Source: Balanoglossus misakiensis | Taxonomy: Eukaryota; Animalia; Hemichordata | Assembly: GCA_040954595.2 (NCBI GenBank) | Contig: CM082578.2 | Coordinates: 14,228,304 to 14,292,303 of the forward strand | DNA length: 64,000 bases | Reading direction: 5' to 3' | Part shown: positions 26,801-38,969 of the stretch, piece by piece | Position numbering within the stretch: the stretch's first letter is position 1 | How the letters are laid out: every line of letters begins with the position of its first letter | The notes under the pieces: generated by a model | Databases searched by the model: none | The model's input: only the letters and a program-made list of their open reading frames with translations | What the model was told of the DNA's origin: nothing | Program-made: the position numbers and the translations under genes

Positions 26801-29591
26801 TGGAAGCCAGTAATCGGCAACTGCAGCAAGGTTTGTTGACCAGTGTTATTGGGGTGGGGGAAAGAAAGTCCACAGGTCTAGATTTCTGCTCTGTGTCTGT
26901 TTGCGTCTGTCTCTCTCTGTCTCCCCCCCCTTCTTTGTAAAGACAGATTGATTTTACACTGATCTTATAGTCAACAAATGTTCTGTATTGTATAAACCAG
27001 CAACTGTCACCAGAGCTGTTAACATCAGTTACTCTATCATACCATGCGACAAAAAGTTCGTGTGATGAATCAGTAAACATAAATATCTTTTATTTTCCAC
27101 AGAACTTGCAGCACTCCAGAATGTCAAAAAGGTAAACAAAATTAAAGTTTGGGATTGTCTTTTTTAGTAATTTTGGCATCATCTTAAAAACAGAGATGAA
27201 GTTTTGATGTGTGATGTGAACTCACAGCATATGTGACTGTCTCTTTTGCAGGACAAGGAAAAACTGGAGAAGGGATACAGAAAATTGCAGGATCAGCTTG
27301 GAAAGATAAAGGTACTTGTTTCTTTTTTCATGTATTTTGCTCAAGATAAGCTATGTGATATACCTGTATGATCGTTCTGAGTTCTGACATTGATATAATT
27401 TTTGCACAGGCCAACCTGGGGACTGGTTTTATTGAGAAATCAGAAATGGACCGATTTAAACAAGACTGTGAGAGCCAGGTGAGATAATCAGATCAAATAT
27501 TGCTTCTGATAAACAAAACTCTGAACCAATATGAGTGCATAGCTTATTTGTGTTCATTTTTATTGATGATGGGTTGTAACCCATGAAGGATATTATGTCA
27601 GTGGCTGTGAAAGGGATAGATATTCTTTAACTTATTGCATCAATCAAACTGTTTTTGGATTTTTCTGACAGGCAAGGCAAGAGATTAATCAGAAATTGGA
27701 GGAGGTCAATGCGTATCTTGAAGAACAGGTGAGAGGGCATTGTTTGTGTCGTCTTCTGTCTGCCATGTGATGACACTGATCTGTTCAAAAAGGGGAAGTT
27801 TTTTATAGTTTCATAGAGAGCTGAGCCCCAGTACATTTAACATGTTGCAGTTTGTAACTATTTGTGAGATGATCTGTCTGGGGAGAGTCAGAGTGTTCCG
27901 CTGTAAAGCTGTAATCCATACATGTGTTGGTTTAAATGTTTGTTAAAATCTTTCAATGCCATGGGTGCAAAAGGTTTAACGTAATTGGGGCTTTTGTTTG
28001 ACACTGTGTAGGCACAAGCGAGAGAAAGACTGGATGATATACGCAGCAACAATGAAGTCCAGATGAAGCAAGATTATGAAAGACAGATCAATGATATGAG
28101 GGTGAGTTGGGTTTGGTTTGTTAGAAACAACTGGAACATGTCGAGTTATGGTCCATGAAGGGTTACATTTGTTATGATGAAGTAAATACTGCACTGAAAG
28201 ATTAAACATACATTTGATTCCTTGAAGTGTATTTTGCCTCCATTCTCATCACAATTAACTTTGGTATACCGTACATTAGGGCCATCAGTCATTTGGTGCA
28301 GTCATGTTCTTGGAGTGAAAACTAATGAGTTATTGCATTTGCATATTTGCATACAGGCAGAGGTGGCCAGAATGAAAGCTGGACATCAGGAAAGTTTAGT
28401 GCAAAAAGAGACGGCGGAAGCTGAGTCAGAAAGATACAAGGTATGAGAGTTTCTTCGTATTATGTTGTGTTTAGAAAGGAAAAAGAATGTGATGTGTTCA
28501 ACAGTTTTTATTAGCTTTGGCAGGTTCTAATGCCACAGTGCACTCCGTGTATGAAATGCATGGAAAACCAGAATTCAATTTCAAACTAATGACCGCAAGT
28601 CTCACTTGTTATCTACACAACCAGGATCTGTATGAGAAAGAATTAAAGATGAGAGACAAATTACGTGAAGAGCTTGAAAAGGCCACAGACAAGCTGTCAG
28701 ATGCAAAGGCCCATCTCAGGTAAATATAGAATCAGTTTCTCTGAGTTTGTACACACAAACAAGAGTATACTGCATGTGAAATATTGAAATGCAAATTTGG
28801 ATCTGTCCAGATAGAAAAAGGGTTGAAAGGGTTTATGCACATTTGTTATGATTAGTGGATCCCTTCACACTATTTTATCGGTTTTCATTCTCCTTTCAAA
28901 CACAGTCTTGAGAAACAAAGGAACAGACACATGAGAGAGAACGGCTTAGATCTGAGCAATGGTTTCTCAGCGCCACATACCAACAGTGTTGATCCCATGA
29001 CACAGAAGGTAAGATTTTAACACAGCCATGCAAAGCATGTGGACTTTGTTTGAAATGGAGGATTTAATGTGGACACTAAATTAAATATGAGCTTGGTATT
29101 TAGTTTGCTGGTTTTGTCAGTGAACCATCATATAATAAAACATTGGTCACATCCTCTTTTTTTTCCATATTTTTCTGTTATTTCAGGTACGAAATGAACT
29201 TGATAAGAGTATAGCTCGTCACCTTGGTAAGTTGTTGAATTATTTGAAATTATTGGTGTATATCATGTCATGACGAATGTGTTCCTAACAAATAGATACA
29301 ATTATTTACATTGTAAACAAGATTATATAAATTATGCTCAAAGCCTGAATATAGCAGGCACAGTGAGATTGCCAAGTGTTTGTGAAAGTCATAAGATGCT
29401 GATCAAAGTCTTATCGCATTGATTCATTTTTCACTTTGTGTCTTTCAGGATCCATGGACATAAGCCCCAACATAGATACACGTGAGAACATACCTAGCAA
29501 TTGGGGTACCCCAAATGGAGTGAACAATTCTCCATTGGACAAAGCCAACTCTCAATATATGTCAGTACTCAAGAAAAACTATTTTGTGTAA
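5819..29591 (+). CDS. ANKRD26: ANKRD26-like protein: N-terminal ankyrin repeats, low-complexity/charged middle region, long C-terminal coiled coil; dozens of exons
   Basis: Exon 1 (5819-6021) reads MKKFLRSS...GYDLKEKELPKLHKAAWNGDLSKVKQLAKKGDLNQLDKANR. Ankyrin exons follow (TPMHLACAHG...CDNEQHSPLMKAVQ, GMTALHLAA, GCTPLHLA, TPLMYAC). An E/R/K-rich exon lies at 15868-16574, with many coiled-coil exons from 17.6 to 29 kb (e.g. 25551-26030). The last exon ends ...SQYMSVLKKNYFV* (TAA 29589-29591), resembling the ANKRD26 LKKNY C-terminus as I recall it. Confidence 0.85.
6478..6520. repeat. (GAAT)n/(GGAT)n tetranucleotide microsatellite
   Basis: gaatgaatggattgatggatggatggatgaatgaatgaatgg, in intron 1 of the ANKRD26-like gene. 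Confidence 0.8.
10680..11346. mobile_element. Non-autonomous palindromic DNA element (about 670 bp) in an ANKRD26 intron
   Basis: CpG-rich block in an AT-rich intron, bounded by TAATAA at both ends. It contains a 184-nt hairpin (10680-10863), a short inverted pair TTATTACGCC (10867-10876) / GGTGTAATAA (11337-11346), an internal 13-bp tandem repeat (11171-11205) and a second copy of GGGCAATATCA (11222-11232). No transposase-like ORF is recognisable. Confidence 0.7.
14431..14469. repeat. (GA)n microsatellite, imperfect
   Basis: gagagagagagagacagagagagagagagagacagagag. Confidence 0.85.
18653..18684. repeat. (GTTT)n microsatellite
   Basis: ttgtttgtttgtttgtttgcttgtttgtt. Confidence 0.75.
23783..23805. 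repeat. (CT)n microsatellite next to an acceptor polypyrimidine tract
   Basis: About 11 CT units upstream of the exon starting near 23843. Confidence 0.8.
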
Positions 29592-31383
29592 ATGTATATA
29601 CCGTTTTCCTAAGATAAACTCCTTTTGTACAATGTCATTTCTCAATGCAATATTTAAATCATCAACCCTCATTGATGTAAATTAAATTTTAATTCACCTT
29701 ATGTATACTTAATGCTTATTAATAATATATATATACATTAAAATATTACAAATATGTGTAAAGCTCTTACTATTTATTGAGGGACCTCTAAATTTGTATT
29801 ACATTTCCTGATACAACACAGAATCAGTATTGGTGAATTTGTTTTATTACTATATTAATCGAGATGAATTTTCAGAGCTCCAAATGACTACTCATTATTT
29901 ATATACTTAATGCAAAATACTATTCATCCGTCCTTTCAAATCTAACAATTTTATTTTTTACCTGGAAAGGTGCTTTTTATTGTCAGGCAGGATTTGACAT
30001 TGGTGGCAGATTTGCACACATAATAAAATCATCAATTGCCAATTAAAGAAGGCCAATATCACTTAATATATCTCCATATATTGGCAACAGGTTCACAAAT
30101 CCAACGTATTTGGGAGGTTTCCACTTTCCTATTTAAATTTTCTTATATAAAATTATTGATGCCTTTATGGAGAAAACTACAATTCTGTACTTAGAAATCC
30201 ATTGGCAAACAATATTATTTACAACATCATACGTACTTTAACTTGAAATTTAATTTTGTTTTGGATCCATTGGTGCTATGGTGTATCTCTGTGTTTATTT
30301 TAAGGTATACATACAGTCACCTTTATGAATCTAATTACAGATACCATGGAAACAGAAGGTTAGCCAATCACAAGATTCTCACTTGGTTGACTGTGTACCT
30401 TCAATACAGGACATTTTTTGTTTCACCCATACTTCTATCCATTCTCGAGTTTTTACAGGAAAAATTCTAAATCGTCTGTTGGCCTCTTGAATAGGCTGTG
30501 CAGAGTATTTTAAAAAATTAAACAATATTCAATACCATGTTAACAAGTCTCTTGTGTATATGCTTGTGTGTCTGATTTAACCCCTCTGTAAGGCCGGCTA
30601 TGACAAAGAAATATATTTTTTGATGATACCAGCACAACGTCTTGCAGAAAGAATGTGCCCCATGACACGTAAATCTGAATATTCCCAGGGCTTCCGCGTT
30701 CCCCAAGTCCACATCTGGTGGTGCAAATGACCTTTGCCACCAAGAACCATTAAATCCATGACTGGTATCGTTGGGGACAGCCCCTTCCCGTTCCCTCCAG
30801 GAATAAACATGGCATGGTAGAATTTTTTTTTAGGATTCGGTTGCAAAGCGCGCTTAAAGTATGTCTGGATTCTCTCAGACTACACACAGAGAGATATATT
30901 TGCGAAATCCTGGTTCCTACGCCTATGCCGTTGGGGAATGTAAAGATTATTGACCTTTATTGGGATTTCGTTCACATTATTTTTCTAACCCTTTTTGTTC
31001 TGTTTTTCTCTTAAGATTTTTTTTTACTTCAATCTACTATCGTTTAATATAATGTGTATAGCAATCGTTGCTCGTATCGAAAGTTTTAAAGATACATATT
31101 TAGCGTTGAAAACAATCATTTTTTTCCGATGTTTTTATTGGACTCGAAACAAAATGGTGACGAAAAGAAGTCATTAAGTACAGTGCGGTAATCGGTGTTT
31201 TCAATGCTCTTGGGTACAATATTTCATCCATTGACTTGGGCGAGCTTTATAGTTTAGATCATTTTGAAGGACTATTCATGAATTGCGATGTATAAGTATA
31301 AAGTCTAATTCTTCCAAAACTTAAAAATTTCAAAGCATATTACGTACACATTTGAGTACCACTTTGGCAGTAAGTAGCACCTG

Positions 31384-31422
31384 CCCCCCCCCCCCCCCCC
31401 CCCCCCGGTTCCTACGCCTATG
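31384..31422. repeat. Poly-C tract followed by a repeated 16-mer; probable terminus of a small interspersed repeat
   Basis: About 22 C residues then GGTTCCTACGCCTATG; the same 16-mer also occurs at 30912-30927. Confidence 0.55.
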
Positions 31423-31656
31423 TAGACAGTCGGAACTTCCTCCATATCCAGGTTCCTCTCATAAGTTTTATGGTGTCGGCAATGATAGACGATACGTGCT
31501 TAGAACCACGGGGGATAATAACCTACCGCTGCGGATCTTTTTTCCCTGCCAAGTTCCGGAATAACACGCGCAGAATTACATCCTGCAATATCCTGGGAAA
31601 GTTTATTACTCGGAAAAGCACAAAAAATCTCAACATATTTTCAAAACAATATTAGT

Positions 31657-31716
31657 GATACAAAGTTATCTGATACATTTGTCCTGTACATGAGATCCGG
31701 GACTTTGCCTATAAAA
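31657..31716 (+). promoter_or_regulatory. Core promoter of the BRICHOS-peptide gene: GATA site, NF-kB-like site and TATA box
   Basis: TATAAAA at 31710-31716, about 70 bp before the ATG. GGGACTTTGCC at 31699-31709 (canonical kB site GGGACTTTCC). TTATCT (WGATAR on the minus strand) at about 31666-31671, flanked by two TGATAC. Confidence 0.6.
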
Positions 31717-31783
31717 GCCAACGTTTACCTCAGAGAGTCATTCTCCACATCGACGACACAAGACGAACGAAACAGCAGTAACC

Positions 31784-33502
31784 ATGGCGATACTTGTTCA
31801 ACTGATCATCGTAAGCCTGGCGGTGACTTCGATTAGTTCAGCCCCGTCTCCTATAACAAACGTACGTATACACTTGCTTTGAACGATCTACAGTTAAGAC
31901 TAGTCGTGGTTTTTTGTCTTTCGCGACCATAAATGTGGTTAGAGCTGACAATGCTAAAATATTCATTCTCGCTTTCAATTAAGACACAGTCAAAGCTAGT
32001 GGTCAATACCTGACTGATACAAAATATGCATGTACCTGAAGGAGTCTGAACAGAGTCTGTAAAACAGCGATCCGGACGACATACGCAAACAGGAGGTTTC
32101 ATTTTATCCCAGTGGCATTTTTTGCGACCATCCGTTTCTAACATTCATGTACATTTCTGATGCAGGGAACGTGGCATCATCTGACTGTGATGATCGACGG
32201 TGATGAGACGATAGTAACAGTGGCAGTGAATGAAGACAAAGGTATAGAGATGTACAAGACGGAAGACCCAACCCCTGCACTAATTGTCAAGGATTTCAAC
32301 ACCGTAAGTTGAAGATTTGGTATTTTCATCTTTACTATAGTGATACCAACGTTGTGCTCTTGACTTGAGCAAAACTACCCTTACTGCCATAACCTGTCCC
32401 GGGGAGTGGTTTGGCATACTTCGTCATGTACTTGGGATCTTGTCTGACACGAAAAGTCTAGATAGCACAAAGAATAAACCAAACTTTTACCAGGATGATG
32501 CGATATATAATATTTATAAAAGTCAACTTATCCGCTTATTAAACATTCTGATTCTTATTTTTGTAGGGAGTGGAAGCTATCGTCTCAGATGATAGTGAAT
32601 TTTGTTACGTCACGCCCCTGGATAGTAGCAGAAACACAGGGCCGTCTGCATTGAAGTCTGAAGTCGAAAAAAGCGAGGTAAGATCATGATGTTCTCTTTT
32701 TATGTTGGGTATAACCGATCGGGGTTTGTAACGTAACTATACTTCAGACGCACCGTCTTACATGATATTGGGTACCACTACTTGTAACTTCTCAGAAAGA
32801 GGCAATTTCGGTTATTTTAGTTTAAAATATTTTTTCTGGGCCTGTAGGCCTAACACCGATTTTTTTCTATTATGTATAGCATGGTACGTTTTAGTAAATC
32901 CATGTTTAGAAATATTTAAAACGTCAGATTTCACTGACATTTTGGTCATAGTAACCTTTGTCAAAATATCAAAGAATGACATGTACCTTTTCCACAGGGC
33001 GAGATTCAAACGGTGGAAGACGAAACTGACGAGCTGTATTCCACTGGCGGATATCCGATCGTGCGCAAACTCGTCTTGGGTGAAACAATCGCTGAGAAAT
33101 GTGACGGCAGAGATACTTTCTGGCTGATCAGAGTTCCAGGCGAAAGTGGTGGTATGTACACGTACATCTCTAACTCAAATTGACACCCAAAAAAGTATAC
33201 GTCGATGTAAAATTTGTCGACTTTTCACAGTACGGAGCAGAGTGCGTGTCTAAACAGCTGACCAGGGGCCAACTCCTATGGTCCATACTTACCTACTTAT
33301 TAGAAAAATTACCTGTCGCACTGTTAACTTTATTGTGAGTATTTCAGTTAACTCAAGATTTCTCTGTTTCTCTCCCCACCCTCTCGTTTTAGGACGTACC
33401 AAACGTGACGTCGACTGTCGTCATGTATTAGTGTGCAGTGTCGAGTATCAGAATGGTCAGTGGGTTCGAAGCTGCAGATACGAACTCAAGTGCTCATTCT
33501 AA
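31784..33502 (+). CDS. Secreted BRICHOS-domain precursor with a furin-cleaved C-terminal 4-Cys beta-hairpin peptide (196 aa)
   Basis: Exons 31784-31861, 32166-32303, 32567-32677, 32998-33151 and 33393-33502, all GT-AG with intron phases 0,0,0,1. Protein: MAILVQLIIVSLAVTSISSAPSPITN / GTWHHLTVMIDGDETIVTVAVNEDKGIEMYKTEDPTPALIVKDFNT / GVEAIVSDDSEFCYVTPLDSSRNTGPSALKSEVEKSE / GEIQTVEDETDELYSTGGYPIVRKLVLGETIAEKCDGRDTFWLIRVPGESG / GRTKR-DVDCRHVLVCSVEYQNGQWVRSCRYELKCSF*. BRICHOS hallmarks are IVKDFNTG (conserved Asp), CYVTPL and LGETIAEKCDGRDTFWL (the two conserved Cys). The start has a strong Kozak context (accATGg). Confidence 0.85.
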
Positions 33503-36500
33503 GTCAAGATAAGCAAGCCTAAAACGAACGGTTACGTTAGGTAAACCGTTGAAATTATAGTGTGATTTGTATTACGGCATGCGGTCCATTATCACTACTG
33601 GGTCAAGAAATTAAATAAGAAATTTCACAAAATCCGGATGCATGAAACTTTCTGAATGAATAATTCTAGATACATTACATCATTAGTGAAGGAGAGTTCA
33701 TAATTAAGCATAGATTTTGCAAAATACGTTTCGTGAGCAATCATTTTTTCTTTTATCTTTCTTTGTTTAATGTTCTAGTATGTTGTGGAATATGGGTAGA
33801 TTTAATCAGAAAACAGCAGTAATCATTTTTAGGCAGTATTGTACCGATTTTGGTGGTGAAATTGTCACACCACTTTTGTATTGATTTTTTTTCCAGATTA
33901 CAATTCTGTATTTCTGCCAGATGTTGCAACTGGCGATTCTAGAACTTTTGTATTCTTGCAGCTGCAAAGTGTCATTAGAAATAAAACAATCATGACTGTA
34001 CTCAGTGCGTCTTGTGCGGAAATTCATCTCTGTATCTCCCTCCTCTCCCCCACTCTAAATGTTTCATATGTTCTTGGAAAAGTCACGAATTTGAACTTAT
34101 GTGCAATCTGATTAAAATCAGATGTAGTTAGGCGCCAATTTTACTTTTGCTGATTCCATGCTGTTCTGTTCGGGGGCCAGTGAAGTGTACGCCCAAGAAC
34201 AGCCAACACAGAGAACAGAACAATCAAAACTACTACCAGCGCCTAACTCTATATCTGATTTAGGAATGATCATTTCCTCAGTCTGGGCAGATGTCGCTTA
34301 GATTGTTCATCCCTATTCATGGAAATCAGGCAATTTAGGGTGACCAATGTGACTGAATCACCACCACGTGATCTCCGCAAATACTCCAAAGCACCAGATT
34401 TTTAAAATTTTTGTTCTTCTCTATTCCTGGGTAAATTAGATATCAGATACAACTTACTTTTTTTCTCTCTAAACAGTTTCAGGAAATTCTTCTGCATGGT
34501 GCAGCACATTCTCCATGCTCTTGTGGGACAGGATAAAGGTGCCCAAAGAGTCTTTCCATCCACAATGACCCGAAGTTTGAGAAGAACCAAATTGTAAACT
34601 TACACGTGTGTTGCCAAATACCAACACAATAATAGTCATATAGACAGCATACACACTTTGTGTTAAGAAATCTTTTTTTAAAAAAATATTCAAATTTGCA
34701 TAGAATTACAGGTTTTTCATGATGAAATATACATTGAATGTACATGTTTTATCCAAACATTGTTTTTATCAAATGATCTGTGGAGGGTTATCCACGTCCA
34801 TAATGCCGACACTCGCAACATATGGTTAGGCGACTACCATGAAACTCTCTGCCCACTTTGAAGCGTCACAACAGAGAGGATTCTGGTCACTTTCCGATTT
34901 GCAACCGACGTAGGTTCTGTGTTTTCCTAGCAACACACAGGTCATGTCACAAGAGGATTGATGGAGCATGGTCACACGTTCTCCCACAAGTCGGCATTCT
35001 GTACACAGCAGCAAAGCAGACAAAATTCCACATGGCAGCTAGGAGACAGCACACACAAACAGAAGATGCCAGGACCGCACTTGGCACATCACGATGGCAG
35101 TCATGGTAGCATTATTGTTGTACAGCACACTCCAGGAGTTGAGAGACACACACGGGCAACACACCGCGGAAACTGACGAGTCACACACAGACAGAAACAA
35201 CTTGGTGAGGACATTTCACTGTTTAATATGCATTGAGTTACGATATCTCAGTAGTCGACGATATATTCAAATTCACTACCACAATTGATACAATCTTGAA
35301 GCCAATTCATAAAGGAAATTCTACTTGGTGGCGTAGACATTGTTATTAAAATACAGTAATAAGTCTATTACAGTCAATTCATAAATCACCATCTATCACC
35401 TTGAAAATTTGAGGAAAGTTCTCAGTACAATTAGCAGGAGGCATACAAATAGTCTCTTTCTACTGTATACATGTACTTCTGTTTAAGCGCAGTTAGTGAC
35501 AGCTCCAGGCTCTAGTTGCGACTTTCCCACTGATACTAAATCTTTGGTAGAACTATTCTACTACGAGACAAATATGGATGGTCATAAAACATCATACATC
35601 TCAGAAAGTTCTTGCGCCAAAATTGGCAGAGACTACAGACATGCGTTAAAATTACAGTATTCGGGAAGAGGAAAGGTGAGAAATAAAGACATGAAATTCA
35701 TCTACTGTTGCAGGTTTCTAATTTTTTCACACTTCAAAAACAAACTTTTTCTGTATTCCAAAATGTTACTTTTTTACTGAAATGACAGTTTACATTGATA
35801 AAATGACTCTCTAAAAAAATTAAATCAGTTCTACAATTCCAATGCTCTTCAACAAAGATTTGCTCAAAAAAAATTTGGAATGACTTTGGTTGACCTTGAG
35901 AAAAAAAGGCATTTCTCATTTCATATTTGAAATGTTCAGTGTTCGCCACATTATACATGATGGGAGACATCTTGATTTGATATTATAACATGTGCAAAGA
36001 GGTCTGTGCACTGTTTGGTTTCATTTTCAGGCTCTGAAATCAGCTAGTGATGAAAAATGGCAGTCGGGTCAGTTCCGACATTTTTCGAAGATTTGTGCTT
36101 GACACACACCTTAGGCAGTTTTGTACAATTTCACAAAATCCACATCAACCCTCATAAGTTAGTGCACACTGCAACAGAACAGGTGATCTTCATACGACCA
36201 TATTAAATTCATTTAAAATGTCTCACAAGCGGGACTGATCAATCAGAATTATCATATTTTGATGCATCAAAACATAATTGATGGTAAACATGAACTTGGT
36301 CTTGCCCATCTTTTAGTGAGAGAGGCTTGTTCAAATTGCTTGAGGAAAGAAAGAAATTTCAGAGTCTCATAAGGCTCATCATTTTGGGACATGGCTTAAT
36401 AATAAACCACAAATTATAAAATGTTGCCCAGCAACAACAATGCTACCATTTTCAGTTCATTTTTATATAGACCAGATCACAATTGGAGGAGTTTCCAGCA

Positions 36501-38969
36501 AGTACATGTACCCTTCTAAGTACTGCTGTCAATTGAGGACACCTACAGTACAATTCACTGTGAGAGGGGTGTGTGAATGTCCAACAAACTTCTCAGTTGT
36601 GGTGCTGAGGCCAGAATCTTTGATTTCATCTACGCTTCACTACAACAACTGAAAACATGTAAAGTAGATGTCAAATTTCCTTGAAATGGAAGCTGCAAGT
36701 GATTTTTAACAGATTGAAATATTTGGCAAATAACATGCACTGATTTTTGAAAAGTTCTTTACATTCTTTCAGGCATGTGAGAAGACCATCTTAGGAGAAC
36801 ATAGTTTGGAAATGAGCAAACATTTTTCACGTTTATGTGCATGAACTATTGGTAAATGCAAAAAAATGTAAAAAGGTAACAATCTTTCAGTGCTCAACTA
36901 AAGATGTCTTCTCTTTTTCCTTTGAGTTTCCTCCTCAGCTGTTTGGTGGCACAATCATAGACGTGACTGTATTCCTTTGCAACTTCATGTCATCTCCCTC
37001 CGCGAGGTCTTAGGAACAACACTTGTGCAAGGTGTGGTAATGATGGCGTATAGCAAACTGGCCTCCCTGGTAAAGATGATACAGACATAAATATTGAAAT
37101 GCTTATCTGTACGAAACTAATCACCAATTTCTTCGGTGAATGCATGAAGGCAATTTATAAGAGGAAAGTGCACATTCCCGACATATGGTGTTAATGGAAC
37201 ACAGATTTCACAATGCTGATGGAAGATTATCACATCCGGCACAGATCTTATCAATTGATATTCCTCCGCATTTTGTTGAGATAGTGGCCTCACTGAGTTG
37301 AACACATACCTTCTGATGTTTCCAATATGGGGGTCACAGGTGGCTGTTGTTGCCAGGTGTATCACATCCGAATCACACAATGTCACAATTCTGTAATCAG
37401 CATCACACAAGATCTTATCACAGATGAGTTATCAGCACGTCAGCACACTTAGCGTCATCTGCAGTATCAGCGGTTCTGTTCTGAATCAGACATGAGATTA
37501 CTGCAATGTTGATGTTGATGTAATATGCATCACATTAGATGACATAGGACAGCTCAGGGAACTGCATACAAGATGACAACATAGATGATATAATCTGCTG
37601 CATGACAGTCTTAGCAGCACAGTTGTACATTCTGCATGACAATACCACAGCACAGTTGATGCTGATGTAATCAACATAAGATGACATTTTTTGTAGAAAG
37701 TAAGCACAGCGTCTGTTATGGCATTTCACAGGTGTATACAGTACCAGTGGATGACATCACAAGAAGCTGGAATTTCATCGTAGTTTAGGCAGTTGAGTTC
37801 TATTGTCCATTTCACATCACACGAGGTTGTTGCACAGGTTCATGATGCTTGATTGCTTGGGCAATGTATCATCACACAAAGCTCCGCAACTTCAGGGCAG
37901 ATGAGTGCAAGGGGTAGCAGATTTCGAACACATCGCTGGACAGATAATGTAGTGCAAAGTGATTGCAGACTTCACATATCACTGCTAAGGGCTTGTAGTT
38001 GCAGATATGCCAATCAGACTGCTGAGACTGTTCATACTCCCAGTTGGTGAGCACAGATTTCAAGGCTTCATTGCATCTACAGTATCACTTCCAACAGCAT
38101 CCACATTAACGAGAATTGATTTCTCCTGTGGCAGGGGCAGATGCATTGACACAAGTTCAGCTGAGTTCAACACATTTCATTTCATTGATGGGAATTGAGG
38201 GTGTGGCTTTTTGTGAGATTTAGGCTAGCTTTCATGCTTCTGGCATTATAAGGCAGCTGTCTTCTTTTTCTGATGATCAGATCTTCTTCTGACAAACACA
38301 TTCCAAGGAGCGTATCATTTCTTCTTTTCTCTTGGCACTTCCTCAGGCACTTCTGATCACATCTTTCAATTCACACATTTCACAAATTCGATGACACAAA
38401 GTTCTTGCAACACAACTTTTGGCTTTTTCGATTTCAACAAGTTCCTCTTCCAAATACACAAGCGTTGAAAGCATTTTGTAACAGTTCCTTTTCACAGTAA
38501 TGAAACTGACGAGAAGACTTGGCTTCAGTATGCGAAAGTTCCTTCAGTTCCTTGGATCATGAAAGACAATTTTGAGGTCAGGGTAACTGCATTATAATCA
38601 CACTTTTACCAGCATTTTTACAGCAAGTCAGGGTAATAATTTGATCACAAAACAAACGCTGAAGACTGTTGTTCTGCAGACGGTTGTTGAAAAGCATTGG
38701 AATAACCGACGAAACACACAAATCAAGTTTCAAAACACCTTCCAGGCTTTAAAATCACACAAATGAAGACACCAGTGAAGAGATTTTGCAGACCGGGGAA
38801 AAAATCAACTTCTTCCTTGAGCAGGTGGTTTGAGAATGCAAAACACATCACACTGGCCAAATCCTTCCTTCTACTACTATCTTCCTTATTGACGGAATTC
38901 AAAAAAAAAATATCAAATATCAAATCTTAAATGAACTTGTACAGACTTGGACTGATGGGTGGAATCATT

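Noticed and set aside
34839-35204. Possible plus-strand mini-gene (accATG AAA CTC..., apparent donor near 35204)
   Set aside because: It needs an implausible intron of about 30 nt to stay open and has no recognisable domain.
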